Below are positions 16,791 through 25,772 of a stretch of 32,919 bases of DNA, one piece after another. Within the stretch, counting starts at the first letter, position 1; each line of letters begins with the position of its first letter. The notes beneath the pieces are model-generated. The model saw nothing but the letters and a program-made list of their open reading frames with translations. It made no database searches and was not told where the DNA came from. The position numbers and the translations under genes were made by a program. The stretch comes from a virus (lineage: Duplodnaviria; Heunggongvirae; Uroviricota; Caudoviricetes): IMG/VR virus record IMGVR_UViG_2541047853_000004. The stretch is one strand, 5' to 3'.

Positions 16791-17255
16791 ATGAAGTTTG
16801 TTGCGCCAGAACAGGCACCGGAACAGGCGGAAATCATCAGAAATACGCCGTTCTGGCCTGATGTGGACCTGTCGGAGTTTCGCTGTGTCATGCGCACTGA
16901 CGGCACGGTGACGCAGCCGCGTTTAAAGCAGGTTGCGCTGTCGGCAATTTCGGAGGTCAACGCAGAGCTGTATGAGTTTCGCAGACGTCAGCAGATGCTG
17001 GGATATGCCTCGCTGGCAGAGGTTCCGGCGGAACAGCTGGACGGCAAAAGTGAGCGCATTCATCACTATTTCAACGCGGTTTACTGCTGGGCACGCGCCA
17101 TGCTCAACGAGCGTTATCAGGACTATGACGCCACGGCATCCGGTGTGAAGCGGGGCGAGGAACTGGCGGAAGCAAGCGGTGATTTGTGGCGTGACGCCCG
17201 CTGGGCCATCAGCCGGGTGCAGGATGCGCCGCACTGCACAGTGGAGCTTATCTGA
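16791..17255 (+). CDS. L: head completion/stabilisation protein (gpL-like)
   Basis: ATG at 16791 with AGGAGA RBS preferred over the track start at 16728. Stop overlaps the X start (TGATG). Confidence 0.75.
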   Translation: MKFVAPEQAPEQAEIIRNTPFWPDVDLSEFRCVMRTDGTVTQPRLKQVALSAISEVNAELYEFRRRQQMLGYASLAEVPAEQLDGKSERIHHYFNAVYCWARAMLNERYQDYDATASGVKRGEELAEASGDLWRDARWAISRVQDAPHCTVELI

Positions 17256-17458
17256 TGAAAGTGCGTGCGCATCAGTATGACACGGTGGACGCGCTTTGCT
17301 GGCGTCATTACGGGCGCACGCAGGGTGTCACGGAGCAGGTACTGAAGGCAAATCCGGGGCTTGCCGAATACGGCCCCTTTTTACCTCACGGGCTGCAGGT
17401 GGAGCTGCCGGACATTCCGACAACCACCACCGTGCAGACCGTCCAGCTATGGGACTGA
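17255..17458 (+). CDS. X: tail protein X
   Basis: 67-aa ORF at the conserved position. Confidence 0.8.
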   Translation: MKVRAHQYDTVDALCWRHYGRTQGVTEQVLKANPGLAEYGPFLPHGLQVELPDIPTTTTVQTVQLWD

Positions 17459-17461
17459 ATT

Positions 17462-17677
17462 ATGACGCTTGAGCGAATCAGCGCCTTTATCACGTATTGC
17501 ATCGCCGTCGTGCTGGCCTGGCTGGGCGATTTGTCCATCAAGGATGCCTCAACGCTGGGCGGCCTGATGATTGGTGTACTGATGCTGGCTATCAACTGGT
17601 ACTACAAACACAAAGCCTACCAGCTTCTGCGCGACGGGCAGATCTCGCGGGAGGACTATGAATCCATCAATCGTTAA
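17462..17677 (+). CDS. holin (putative, two TM segments)
   Basis: 71 aa; hydrophobic segments ISAFITYCIAVVLAWLGDL and LGGLMIGVLMLAINWYY with a charged C-terminus. Immediately upstream of the endolysin. Confidence 0.6.
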   Translation: MTLERISAFITYCIAVVLAWLGDLSIKDASTLGGLMIGVLMLAINWYYKHKAYQLLRDGQISREDYESINR

Positions 17678-18170
17678 ACGCTGCCTTGTCGGGGCCGTGC
17701 TGGCTATTGCTGCCACGCTGCCGGGTTTTCAGCAGCTTCACACCTCCGTGGAGGGGCTGAAACTGATTGCTGATTACGAAGGCTGTCGTCTGCAGCCGTA
17801 TCAGTGCAGCGCGGGTGTCTGGACCGACGGCATTGGTAATACGTCGGGCGTCATTCCCGGCAAAACCATTACGGAGCGACAGGCAGCAGAAGGGCTGATC
17901 TCCAACGTGCTGCGTGTGGAGCGGGCGCTGGAAAGGTGTGTGAAGCAACAGCCGCCGCAGAAGGTGTATGACGCTGCGGTGTCGTTTGCCTTCAACGTGG
18001 GAACGGGCAATGCCTGCAGTTCCACACTGGTGAAATTACTCAATCAGCGGCGCTGGGCGGATGCGTGCCGACAGTTGCCGCGCTGGGTTTATGTGAAAGG
18101 TGTTTTTAATCAGGGGCTGGATAACCGCCGTGCGCGGGAGATGGCCTGGTGCTTACAGGGAGCAAACTGA
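17658..18170 (+). CDS. endolysin (lysozyme-like, possible N-terminal signal-anchor)
   Basis: 170 aa; hydrophobic N-terminus CLVGAVLAIAATLPG followed by lysozyme-like EGLKLIADYEGCRLQPYQCSAGVWTDGIGNT. Confidence 0.75.
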   Translation: MNPSIVKRCLVGAVLAIAATLPGFQQLHTSVEGLKLIADYEGCRLQPYQCSAGVWTDGIGNTSGVIPGKTITERQAAEGLISNVLRVERALERCVKQQPPQKVYDAAVSFAFNVGTGNACSSTLVKLLNQRRWADACRQLPRWVYVKGVFNQGLDNRRAREMAWCLQGAN

Positions 18171-18171
18171 A

Positions 18172-18549
18172 ATGAAAAAGAAAGTAATCAGCGGGCTGTT
18201 TCTGATGTTATGGATGGCGCTGTTGATCGCAGCAATTGTGTATCCGCAGGGGATTTTTCCGGTACTGGCAGCGTCCGGTGTCTGGGTAGCCTGTCTGCTG
18301 ACATGGGCGGTAATTCCGGTAGCACTGGCTGCGTTAATTAAGAACGGCCCGCTCTGGCAGGAGTTGAGGGCATCTTTGCTAAAGACCATTACCCGAAAAG
18401 AAAACGTATTTATCAGCTGGGTGATGCGATTGCTGATTGTCGTAAGTTTCGCCTGGACGGGGTGGGCTATTACCCTGGTCTTTTATCTGCTGACCGTTAT
18501 TGCCTTCTGGATGATCCGTAATCAGATTGCGCAACAGGTAGCAGCATGA
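18172..18549 (+). CDS. lysA: LysA-like membrane protein (lysis accessory)
   Basis: About 125 aa, multi-pass hydrophobic; AGGGAG RBS; position between endolysin and LysB. Confidence 0.55.
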   Translation: MKKKVISGLFLMLWMALLIAAIVYPQGIFPVLAASGVWVACLLTWAVIPVALAALIKNGPLWQELRASLLKTITRKENVFISWVMRLLIVVSFAWTGWAITLVFYLLTVIAFWMIRNQIAQQVAA

Positions 18550-18974
18550 ACCGGTTGCTGCTGGTTGTGCTGGCGTTATTACTGGCGGCGCTGGGCTGGC
18601 AGACGTGGCGGCTGGCTGATGCCAGCCAGACCATCAGCACGCAGGCAGACGAGCTTCGGAGCAAAAGCCAGGCACTGGCAAAGAGCAACAGCCAGCTTAT
18701 CAGCCTGTCCATTCTGACTGAAACCAATAACCGGGAGCAGGCGCGGCTCTATGCCGAAGCAGAACAGACCAGTGTACTGCTGAGACAACGACAACACCGG
18801 ATTGAGGAACTGAAACGTGAGAACGAGGATTTACGCCGCTGGGCTGATACTCCTTTGCCTGCTGACATTATCCGGCTGCGGGAACGCCCCACACTCACCG
18901 GAGGTGCAGCTTACCGTCAGTGGTTGTCCGCGAGTGACGCCGTGTCGGCTGGGGCAGGCAGCGCCGCGCACTAA
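18546..18974 (+). CDS. lysB: LysB (Rz-like inner-membrane spanin)
   Basis: 142 aa; N-terminal TM (LLLVVLALLLAALGW) then a coiled-coil-like charged region. Confidence 0.6.
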   Translation: MNRLLLVVLALLLAALGWQTWRLADASQTISTQADELRSKSQALAKSNSQLISLSILTETNNREQARLYAEAEQTSVLLRQRQHRIEELKRENEDLRRWADTPLPADIIRLRERPTLTGGAAYRQWLSASDAVSAGAGSAAH

Positions 18975-19107
18975 CGGTGACCTGAACGCGTTGCTGGATG
19001 AAACGGAGGCCGCCTGGGCGGTCTGTGCAGACAAAGTGGACATGATTATTGCGTGTCAGGAGCGAAACAGTGAACAAACCACAATCCCTGCGCCACGCCC
19101 TCAATAA
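18817..19107 (+). CDS. lysC: LysC (Rz1-like outer-membrane lipoprotein spanin), embedded out of frame in lysB
   Basis: Lipoprotein signal with lipobox LLCLLTLSGC. GTG start. Overlaps lysB in a different frame. Confidence 0.55.
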   Translation: MRTRIYAAGLILLCLLTLSGCGNAPHSPEVQLTVSGCPRVTPCRLGQAAPRTNGDLNALLDETEAAWAVCADKVDMIIACQERNSEQTTIPAPRPQ

Positions 19108-19501
19108 AGCGGTGACTTATGTCCGCAATAACCCGGACAAACTGCATCTGTTTGTAGATAACGGTTCGCTGGTTGCCACGGGGGCCAGCTCCATGTCATG
19201 GGAGTACCGCTATACCCTGAACGTGGTGATAGAGGATTTCAGCGGCGACCAGAATCTGCTGATGGCCCCGGTTTTACTGTGGCTTCGGGATAACCAGCCC
19301 GATGCCATCAATAACCCGGCGTTACGGGAAAAGCTATTCACCTTTGAGGTGGATATTTTGCGCAACGATGTCTGTGATATCAGCCTTAACCTGCAACTGA
19401 CGGAACGTGTGCTGGTCAGTACTGACGGCAGTGTGTCGAGCGTTGAAGCTGTAGCAGAACCCGATGAACCTGAAGAAATGTGGACGGTGAAACGTGGCTG
19501 A
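19070..19501 (+). CDS. R: tail completion protein R
   Basis: GTG start with AGGAG RBS 7 nt upstream; (M)NKPQSLRHALNKAVTYVRNNPDKLHLFVDNGS resembles the P2 gpR N-terminus as recalled. Confidence 0.7.
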   Translation: MNKPQSLRHALNKAVTYVRNNPDKLHLFVDNGSLVATGASSMSWEYRYTLNVVIEDFSGDQNLLMAPVLLWLRDNQPDAINNPALREKLFTFEVDILRNDVCDISLNLQLTERVLVSTDGSVSSVEAVAEPDEPEEMWTVKRG

Positions 19502-19940
19502 ACTGCAGAAGGTGGACGACTGGCTGAGTGCCTTGCTGGCGAATCTGGAACCAGCCACGAGAAGCCGCATGATGCGCCAGCTGGCGCAGGAACTGCGCCG
19601 GACACAGCAGCAGAATATCAGGATGCAGCGCAATCCAGATGGCAGCAGTTATGAACCGCGCAGGGTAACAGCACGCAGCAAAAAAGGCCGCATCAAACGT
19701 CAGATGTTTGCAAAGCTGCACACCACAAAATACCTGAAAACTGCCGCCAGCGCCGACTCTGCCAGCGTACAGTTTGAAGGCAAGGTGCAGCGTATTGCCC
19801 GTGTTCACCATTACGGCCTGCGTGATCGCGTCAGTCGCAAAGGACCGGAGGTCCGTTACGCAGAGCGCCGCCTGCTGGGTGTAAATGATGATGTTGAGGC
19901 AATGACCCGCGACATGATTCTGCAATGGCTGGCGGGGTGA
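19494..19940 (+). CDS. S: tail completion / virion morphogenesis protein S
   Basis: 148-aa ORF at the conserved position; GTG start overlapping the R stop. Confidence 0.7.
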   Translation: MAELQKVDDWLSALLANLEPATRSRMMRQLAQELRRTQQQNIRMQRNPDGSSYEPRRVTARSKKGRIKRQMFAKLHTTKYLKTAASADSASVQFEGKVQRIARVHHYGLRDRVSRKGPEVRYAERRLLGVNDDVEAMTRDMILQWLAG

Positions 19941-19944
19941 TCTT

Positions 19945-19962
19945 TGTATCAGCACTGATACA
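19945..19962. promoter_or_regulatory. TGT-N12-ACA dyad (Ogr-type late promoter element) upstream of V
   Basis: TGTATCAGCACTGATACA, a perfect 18-bp palindrome. Confidence 0.5.
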
Positions 19963-20008
19963 AGTTGCAGCACTGCCGCCTTTCTTCCCCTGATGGCAAC
20001 CTTTCCCT

Positions 20009-20587
20009 ATGAACGCACAATTAACCGAAATCATGCGCCTTATCACCAACCTGATCCGCACTGGGGTAGTCACCGAAGTGGACAGGGAAAACTGGCTTTG
20101 CCGGGTGAAAACGGGCGAGCTTGAAACCAACTGGATCAGCTGGCTGACGCTGCGTGCCGGGAATGCCCGCACATGGTGGCGACCATCGGAAGGTGAGCAG
20201 GTGGTGCTGCTGAGTCTGGGCGGCAATCTGGAAACCGCCTTTGCGTTACCCGCCATCTATTCGAATCAGTTCGCGCCACCGTCGACGTCGGCGGACGCCT
20301 GCGTGACAGAACATCCTGACGGTGGCTGGTTTGAATACGAACCCGCCACCGGACGCTGGTATGTCAGGGGCATCAAATCAATGGTCATTGAGGCCGCTGA
20401 CAACATCACCATGAAAACCAGTGAGTTTGTACTGGAGGCTGACCGCACGCGCATTAACAGCGAAGTGGTGATCAATGGTGGCGTTACCCAGGGCGGCGGA
20501 GCGATGAGTTCTAACGGGATCGTGGTTGATGCGCATCAGCATACTGGCGTCCTGAAAGGCGGCGATACAACCGGAGGCCCGGTATGA
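20009..20587 (+). CDS. V: baseplate spike/assembly protein V
   Basis: 192 aa; RTGVVTEVD...CRVKTGELETNWISWLTLRAGNARTWWRPSEGEQVVLLSLGGNLETAF parallels P2 gpV as recalled. Confidence 0.8.
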   Translation: MNAQLTEIMRLITNLIRTGVVTEVDRENWLCRVKTGELETNWISWLTLRAGNARTWWRPSEGEQVVLLSLGGNLETAFALPAIYSNQFAPPSTSADACVTEHPDGGWFEYEPATGRWYVRGIKSMVIEAADNITMKTSEFVLEADRTRINSEVVINGGVTQGGGAMSSNGIVVDAHQHTGVLKGGDTTGGPV

Positions 20588-20943
20588 CGCTTTATAGCGG
20601 GATGAACAATACCAGCGGCAAAGTCATTACTGATATTGACCATCTGCGCCAGTCGGTGCGGGACATTCTGCTGACGCCGCAGGGTAGCCGCATTGCTCGT
20701 CGTGAATATGGTTCCCTGCTGTCGGCACTGATAGACCAGCCACAAAATCCGGCGTTACGCCTGCAGGTCATGTCGGCAGTGTATGTGGCGCTGAGTCGCT
20801 GGGAGCCACGGCTGACGCTGGATTCTATCACCATCAACAGCAACTTTGACGGTTCTATGGTGGTGGAGCTGACCGGGCGGCGTAATAACGGTGTGCCTGT
20901 TTCCCTTTCCGTATCAACAGGAGCAGAGAATGGCAGTGATTGA
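20584..20943 (+). CDS. W: baseplate wedge protein W
   Basis: 119-aa ORF; start overlaps the V stop. Confidence 0.8.
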   Translation: MTLYSGMNNTSGKVITDIDHLRQSVRDILLTPQGSRIARREYGSLLSALIDQPQNPALRLQVMSAVYVALSRWEPRLTLDSITINSNFDGSMVVELTGRRNNGVPVSLSVSTGAENGSD

Positions 20944-21838
20944 CCTTTCGCAGTTGCCTGCGCCGCAGATTGTGGATGTGCCGGACTTTGAGACGCTGCT
21001 TGCCGAACGCAAGGCAGAATTTGTGGCGCTTCATCCGAAAGATGAGCAGGAAGCAGTGATCCGCACGCTGGAACTGGAATCTGAACCCGTCACCAAATTG
21101 TTGCAGGAGAACGCTTACCGTGAGTTGCTTCTGCGCCAGCGCATTAACGAAGCCGCGCAGGCGGTGATGGTGGCTTACGCGATGGGCGGCGATCTGGACC
21201 AGCTAGCTGCCAACTACAACGTGAAACGCCTGACGGTGACGCCTGCTGATGATGACGCTGTGCCGCCCGTTGCAGCTGTGATGGAAAGCGATGAAGCGTT
21301 ACGCCTGCGTGTGCCTGCGGCTTTTGAAGGGCTTTCGGTTGCGGGGCCAACCGCAGCTTATGAATTTCATGCCCGAAGCGCCGACGGTCGGGTGGCGGAT
21401 GCCAGTGCAACCAGCCCGGCACCTGCAGAGGTGGTGCTGACTGTCCTTAGCCGCGAAGGCGATGGAACTGCAGAAAAAGACCTGCTGGACGTGGTGGAAA
21501 AAGCTCTGAACAGTGAGAACGTTCGCCCGGTGGCTGACCGTCTTACGGTTCGCAGCGCAGAAATCATCCCGTATCGCGTGGAAGCCACCATTTTTCTCTA
21601 TCCGGGACCGGAAGCAGAGCCGGTAATGGCAGCGGCAAAAGCCAGTCTGCAGAAGTACATTGCCAGCCAGACGAGGCTTGGTCGGGATATTCGCCGTAGC
21701 GCCATCTTTGCTGCTCTGCATGTTGAGGGTGTTCAACGTGTGGAACTGGCTTCTCCGCTGGCGGATGTGGTCCTGAACAAAACACAGGCGGCATCATGTA
21801 CGCAGTGGAGCGTAACCAACGGAGGAACGGATGAATAG
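20940..21838 (+). CDS. J: baseplate assembly protein J
   Basis: MAVIDLSQLPAPQIVDVPDFETLLAERKAEF parallels the P2 gpJ N-terminus; ATGA overlap with the W stop. Confidence 0.8.
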
Positions 21839-22436
21839 TCTGCTGCCACTGGGTTCAACTTCACTGGAGCGCCGACTGGCGCAAACCTGTAGCGGGATTT
21901 CTGATTTGCAGGTGCCGCTGCGTGACTTGTGGAATCCGGCTACCTGTCCGGTCAGCTTCCTGCCTTATCTCGCCTGGGCGTTCTCTGTGGATCGCTGGGA
22001 CGAGGGCTGGACAGAAAGCGTCAAACGCCAGGTAGTGAAGGATGCTTTTTATATTCATCAGCATAAAGGAACCACCAGTGCCGTGCGGCGGGTGGTGGAA
22101 CCGTTCGGATTCCTGATCCGCATTATTGAGTGGTGGCAGACCGGAGAAACACCGGGCACGTTTCGCCTGGATATCGGCGTGCAGGACCAGGGCATCACTG
22201 AAGATACCTATCTGGAACTTGAGCGACTGATAAGCGATGCCAAACCATGTAGCCGCCACATGATCGGCATGTCCATCAATCTGCAGACCAGCGGCCCGCA
22301 TTGGGTGGGAGCCGCCAGCTATCTTGGCGAAGAAATCACGATCTATCCGTATATCAACGAAACGATTATTTCCGGTGGCACCGCGCATGAAGGCGGGGCG
22401 GTCCATGTTATTGACACAATGAGAGTGAATCCATGA
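21831..22436 (+). CDS. I: baseplate/tail protein I
   Basis: 201-aa ORF with GGAGG RBS at the conserved position. Confidence 0.8.
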   Translation: MNSLLPLGSTSLERRLAQTCSGISDLQVPLRDLWNPATCPVSFLPYLAWAFSVDRWDEGWTESVKRQVVKDAFYIHQHKGTTSAVRRVVEPFGFLIRIIEWWQTGETPGTFRLDIGVQDQGITEDTYLELERLISDAKPCSRHMIGMSINLQTSGPHWVGAASYLGEEITIYPYINETIISGGTAHEGGAVHVIDTMRVNP

Positions 22437-23776
22437 GCACAAAATTTTATACCCTGCTGACGGATATTGGCGCGGCGAAACTTGCCAGCGCCGCCGCGCT
22501 CGGTGTGCCGCTAAAAATTACCCATATGGCGGTGGGCGATGGCGGTGGAGTATTGCCAACGCCGGACGCAAAGCAGACGGCACTGGTAAATGAGAAACGC
22601 CGGGCTGCGCTGAATATGCTTTATATCGACCCGCAGAACAGCAGCCAGATTATTGCCGAACAGGTGATCCCTGAAAACGAGGGCGGTTGGTGGATACGTG
22701 AAGTGGGCTTGTTTGATGAGTCCGGGGCATTGATTGCCGTGGGCAACTGCCCGGAAAGCTATAAGCCGCAACTGGCTGAAGGTAGCGGGCGCACTCAGAC
22801 CGTGCGCATGGTGCTGATTACCAGCAGCACGGACAATATCACCCTGAAAATCGACCCTGCTGTAGTGCTGGCAACCCGCAAGTATGTGGATGACAAGGCA
22901 CTGGAGCTGAAGGTGTACGCGGATGATCAGATGGCAAAACATCTTGCCGCACCGGACCCGCATTCACAGTACGCGCCAAAAGCCAGCCCGACATTTACCG
23001 GAACCCCCAAAGCGCCAACGCCAGCGGCGGGGAATAATACCACGCAGGTTGCGACCACTGCGTTTGTACAGGCGGCACTGACGGCCCTTATTAATGGTGC
23101 GCCAGCCACGCTGGACACGCTGAAAGAAATAGCCGCAGCCATTAACAATGATCCGAATTTCAGTACCACCATTAACAATGCGCTGGCACTAAAAGCACCG
23201 TTGTCGAGTCCGGCACTCACCGGAACGCCAACAGCCCCCACGGCGGCGCAGTCGGTCAACAATACACAGATTGCCACTACGGCTTTTGTGAAATCGGCGA
23301 TTGCAGGAATGGTGGGTTCTGCACCTGCTGCACTGGATACACTGAACGAACTGGCGGCGGCACTGGGGAATGATCCGAACTTTGCCACGACAATGCTTAA
23401 TGCGCTGGCAGGTAAACAACCGCTGGACAATACGCTTACCAATTTGAGTGGAAAGGATGTAGCTGGTCTTCTCGCATACCTTGGTTTGGGAGGAACGCTA
23501 CAAAGCCTCAACGCCGGGGATTCCGTTATTTATCTGCCAATCGGTGAAAAGACACTGATTATCCAGATCGGTGTAGTCCCGTTTTTTTCTGCTTCAACGT
23601 ACACGAAAACGTTTAATGTTCCGTTTCCTAATGGCCTGCTTTTAGGCCTTGCCTCGTGGGACGCTCAGCCCGGAACGACAGTTAACGTTGGTTCGTACTC
23701 CCCCGAGAGCATGACGCTATTCAAAAGCGGCTCACCCAGTTCAAATGCCTGTCACTGGATAGCAATAGGATTTTAA
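22433..23776 (+). CDS. H: tail fibre protein H, with internal tandem repeat and an exchangeable C-terminus
   Basis: 447 aa; N-terminus MSTKFYTLLTDIGAAKLA. Two tandem copies of a roughly 70-aa fibre repeat (about 22985-23430). The 3' end lies inside the invertible segment. Confidence 0.8.
   Translation: MSTKFYTLLTDIGAAKLASAAALGVPLKITHMAVGDGGGVLPTPDAKQTALVNEKRRAALNMLYIDPQNSSQIIAEQVIPENEGGWWIREVGLFDESGALIAVGNCPESYKPQLAEGSGRTQTVRMVLITSSTDNITLKIDPAVVLATRKYVDDKALELKVYADDQMAKHLAAPDPHSQYAPKASPTFTGTPKAPTPAAGNNTTQVATTAFVQAALTALINGAPATLDTLKEIAAAINNDPNFSTTINNALALKAPLSSPALTGTPTAPTAAQSVNNTQIATTAFVKSAIAGMVGSAPAALDTLNELAAALGNDPNFATTMLNALAGKQPLDNTLTNLSGKDVAGLLAYLGLGGTLQSLNAGDSVIYLPIGEKTLIIQIGVVPFFSASTYTKTFNVPFPNGLLLGLASWDAQPGTTVNVGSYSPESMTLFKSGSPSSNACHWIAIGF
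23481..23492 (+). repeat. left inverted repeat / candidate invertase crossover site inside H
   Basis: TTGGTTTGGGAG at 23481-23492; its exact reverse complement CTCCCAAACCAA is at 24985-24996. Confidence 0.55.
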
Positions 23777-23777
23777 T

Positions 23778-24200
23778 ATGTACAATTACTACGCATTAAA
23801 AAATAAATTCTACCCAACACACCTTCGCGGCGAATACAAAAAAAACGGCATGTGGCCAACAGACTGCATTGATATTGACGACTCTGTATTTACGGAGTTT
23901 ACGGGGGTACCACCAACCAACCAGATGCGTATTCCTGGCGATAATGGGCTGCCAGTTTGGGGAGATATTCCCCAACCAACACATGAGGAACAGACTGAGA
24001 TTGCCGAACAATACCGCCAGCAACGGCTACAGCAGATTGACGAAGTAACCGTCGACTGGCGGGTTGAATTAATGCTCGGCGATATCAGTGATGAAGACAA
24101 AGAGAGGTTGTCTGAGTGGATGGCGTATAAAAAAGCAGTGAAAGCCGTCGACGTATCAACAGCTCCTGATGTTATCTGGCCTACATCGCCGGAGGGGTAG
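23778..24200 (+). CDS. G: tail fibre assembly protein G
   Basis: 140-aa ORF directly after H with a Tfa-like C-terminus (...DVSTAPDVIWPTSPEG). Confidence 0.7.
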   Translation: MYNYYALKNKFYPTHLRGEYKKNGMWPTDCIDIDDSVFTEFTGVPPTNQMRIPGDNGLPVWGDIPQPTHEEQTEIAEQYRQQRLQQIDEVTVDWRVELMLGDISDEDKERLSEWMAYKKAVKAVDVSTAPDVIWPTSPEG

Positions 24201-24615
24201 GCCAGTTGATATCCGGTGCGCTGGATGTGTCTACAGCCTCCAGTGCGCCCAGATAATCCAGCCACAGATTGTATTGCTCCTTCTCCGCTTCTGTCAGACG
24301 TCCCAGCACCGCTTTACCGGGCCATTGCCTGTTATTCATGTAGAGAATGGCCTCATCAATGAGCTGTTGCCGCATATTTTGGGCATTCGATACCATTTGT
24401 TCTGGGGTGGTCGGGGGAATTTCAAGCCAGCATGGCATTCCTGCATCATTTACACCGCGATACTTACCTGCTGGCGGCTCACCAATAAAATCAAGATACA
24501 AACTTTCATCAACTTCCAAGGCATCAGAAGGCCATGAGTCTGCTGCGATGTAGCTTTCTTTAAGCTCTCCGGCATAAAACGCATTTTCAGATGCAGAGAA
24601 ATATTTCATATTCAT
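24181..24615 (-). CDS. alternative tail fibre assembly protein (inverted cassette)
   Basis: 144 aa, paralogous in architecture to G (C-terminus ...DTSSAPDINWPTPPAM) and convergent with it. Confidence 0.7.
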   Translation of the reverse strand: MNMKYFSASENAFYAGELKESYIAADSWPSDALEVDESLYLDFIGEPPAGKYRGVNDAGMPCWLEIPPTTPEQMVSNAQNMRQQLIDEAILYMNNRQWPGKAVLGRLTEAEKEQYNLWLDYLGALEAVDTSSAPDINWPTPPAM

Positions 24616-24616
24616 T

Positions 24617-25036
24617 TCAGTACCCTATTACAAAATATCGGCCGTAACATGCTACCTCGTCACTACTGCGCGTTGCTGCCGCGCCCACTGACTCAGTATT
24701 AAGACAGATTGCTGTAGCAGTGATAGTGGTTCGGCTCGTTGTACTTATTGCATACACCGTCGGGCGGGTGATCTGCGTTGTATTATCATGTGTTGCATAT
24801 GCCTGCATCGCGGCAGTCGGAAAAGCAATCGGCAGATTAATATCCACAGTGCCGCCTGATCTCAGAGGTGTCAGTATTCCCCATTGCATAATAAACGTCT
24901 GGCGGACACCGCTAATTAATATTGGGAATGTGGCGTATCCCGCTGAACCAAGACTACCTGTCGCAACACCTGCGGCACTGATATCTCCCAAACCAACGTT
25001 TAAGAAAATGCAGAGGTAACGGCTAACTGGCATCAT
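24617..25036 (-). CDS. alternative tail-fibre C-terminal segment (silent cassette, joined to H on inversion)
   Basis: 139-aa ORF on the opposite strand whose 5' end carries the same TTGGTTTGGGAG core as the H crossover point. Typical of Gin/Cin/Pin-type fibre switches. Confidence 0.6.
   Translation of the reverse strand: MMPVSRYLCIFLNVGLGDISAAGVATGSLGSAGYATFPILISGVRQTFIMQWGILTPLRSGGTVDINLPIAFPTAAMQAYATHDNTTQITRPTVYAISTTSRTTITATAICLNTESVGAAATRSSDEVACYGRYFVIGY
24985..24996 (-). repeat. right inverted repeat / candidate invertase crossover site
   Basis: CTCCCAAACCAA on the plus strand, reverse complement of 23481-23492; located beside the invertase gene. Confidence 0.55.
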
Positions 25037-25063
25037 CCCCGGTATTTATTCAGGGGATTGATC

Positions 25064-25621
25064 ATGCTTATTGGCTATGTACGCGTGTCAACAAATGACC
25101 AGAACACCGATTTGCAACGTAATGCACTGAACTGCGCGGGATGTGAGCGGATTTTTGAGGATAAAATCAGTGGCACTAAGTCCGACAGACCGGGGCTGAA
25201 AAAACTGCTCAGGACACTATCGGCAGGAGACACGCTGGTCGTCTGGAAGCTGGACAGGTTGGGGCGCAGTATGCGGCATCTTGTTACGCTGATAGAAGAG
25301 TTGCGCCAGCGTGGCGTGAATTTCCGAAGCCTGACTGACAGTATTGATACCAGTACCCCAATGGGCCGTTTCTTTTTTCATGTCATGGGTGCCCTGGCTG
25401 AAATGGAACGCGAACTGATAGTTGAACGCACTATGGCAGGGCTGGCTGCAGCTCGTGCCAAAGGCAGAGTAGGTGGACGCCGTCCTAAGTTGACCACCGA
25501 ACAGTGGGCACAGATTGGACGTTTACTCGAGGCCGGAGAATCAAGACAGCGTATTGCACTGATTTTTGACGTGGGCGTTGCTACCATTTATAGAAAATTT
25601 CCGGCGAATAAGAGCAATTAA
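25064..25621 (+). CDS. serine DNA invertase (Gin/Hin/Cin/Pin family)
   Basis: MLIGYVRVSTNDQNTDLQRNAL catalytic-serine N-terminus, resolvase-like core, C-terminal HTH (GVATIYRKF). Adjacent to the invertible fibre cassette. Confidence 0.85.
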   Translation: MLIGYVRVSTNDQNTDLQRNALNCAGCERIFEDKISGTKSDRPGLKKLLRTLSAGDTLVVWKLDRLGRSMRHLVTLIEELRQRGVNFRSLTDSIDTSTPMGRFFFHVMGALAEMERELIVERTMAGLAAARAKGRVGGRRPKLTTEQWAQIGRLLEAGESRQRIALIFDVGVATIYRKFPANKSN

Positions 25622-25678
25622 TCGCCCTGAATCAGCATTCTTTTGATTTTTCCTGTAAGCGGACAAATACCGTCATTT

Positions 25679-25696
25679 TGTGTGAATAACGGCACA
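25679..25696. promoter_or_regulatory. TGT-N12-ACA dyad (Ogr-type late promoter element) upstream of FI
   Basis: TGTgtgaataacggcACA, 77-94 bp upstream of the FI ATG. Confidence 0.5.
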
Positions 25697-25772
25697 ACTG
25701 CGATTAGCTGTTTGTCAGGCACAATCACTTCAACATAGGGCGAAGCCTAATCCAATCAGGAGGTTTGCCACT

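Noticed and set aside
22927-23511. 194-aa minus-strand ORF antisense to tail fibre H
   Set aside because: Produced by the internal tandem repeat of H read on the opposite strand (Ala/Gly/Val-rich). H itself is strongly supported.
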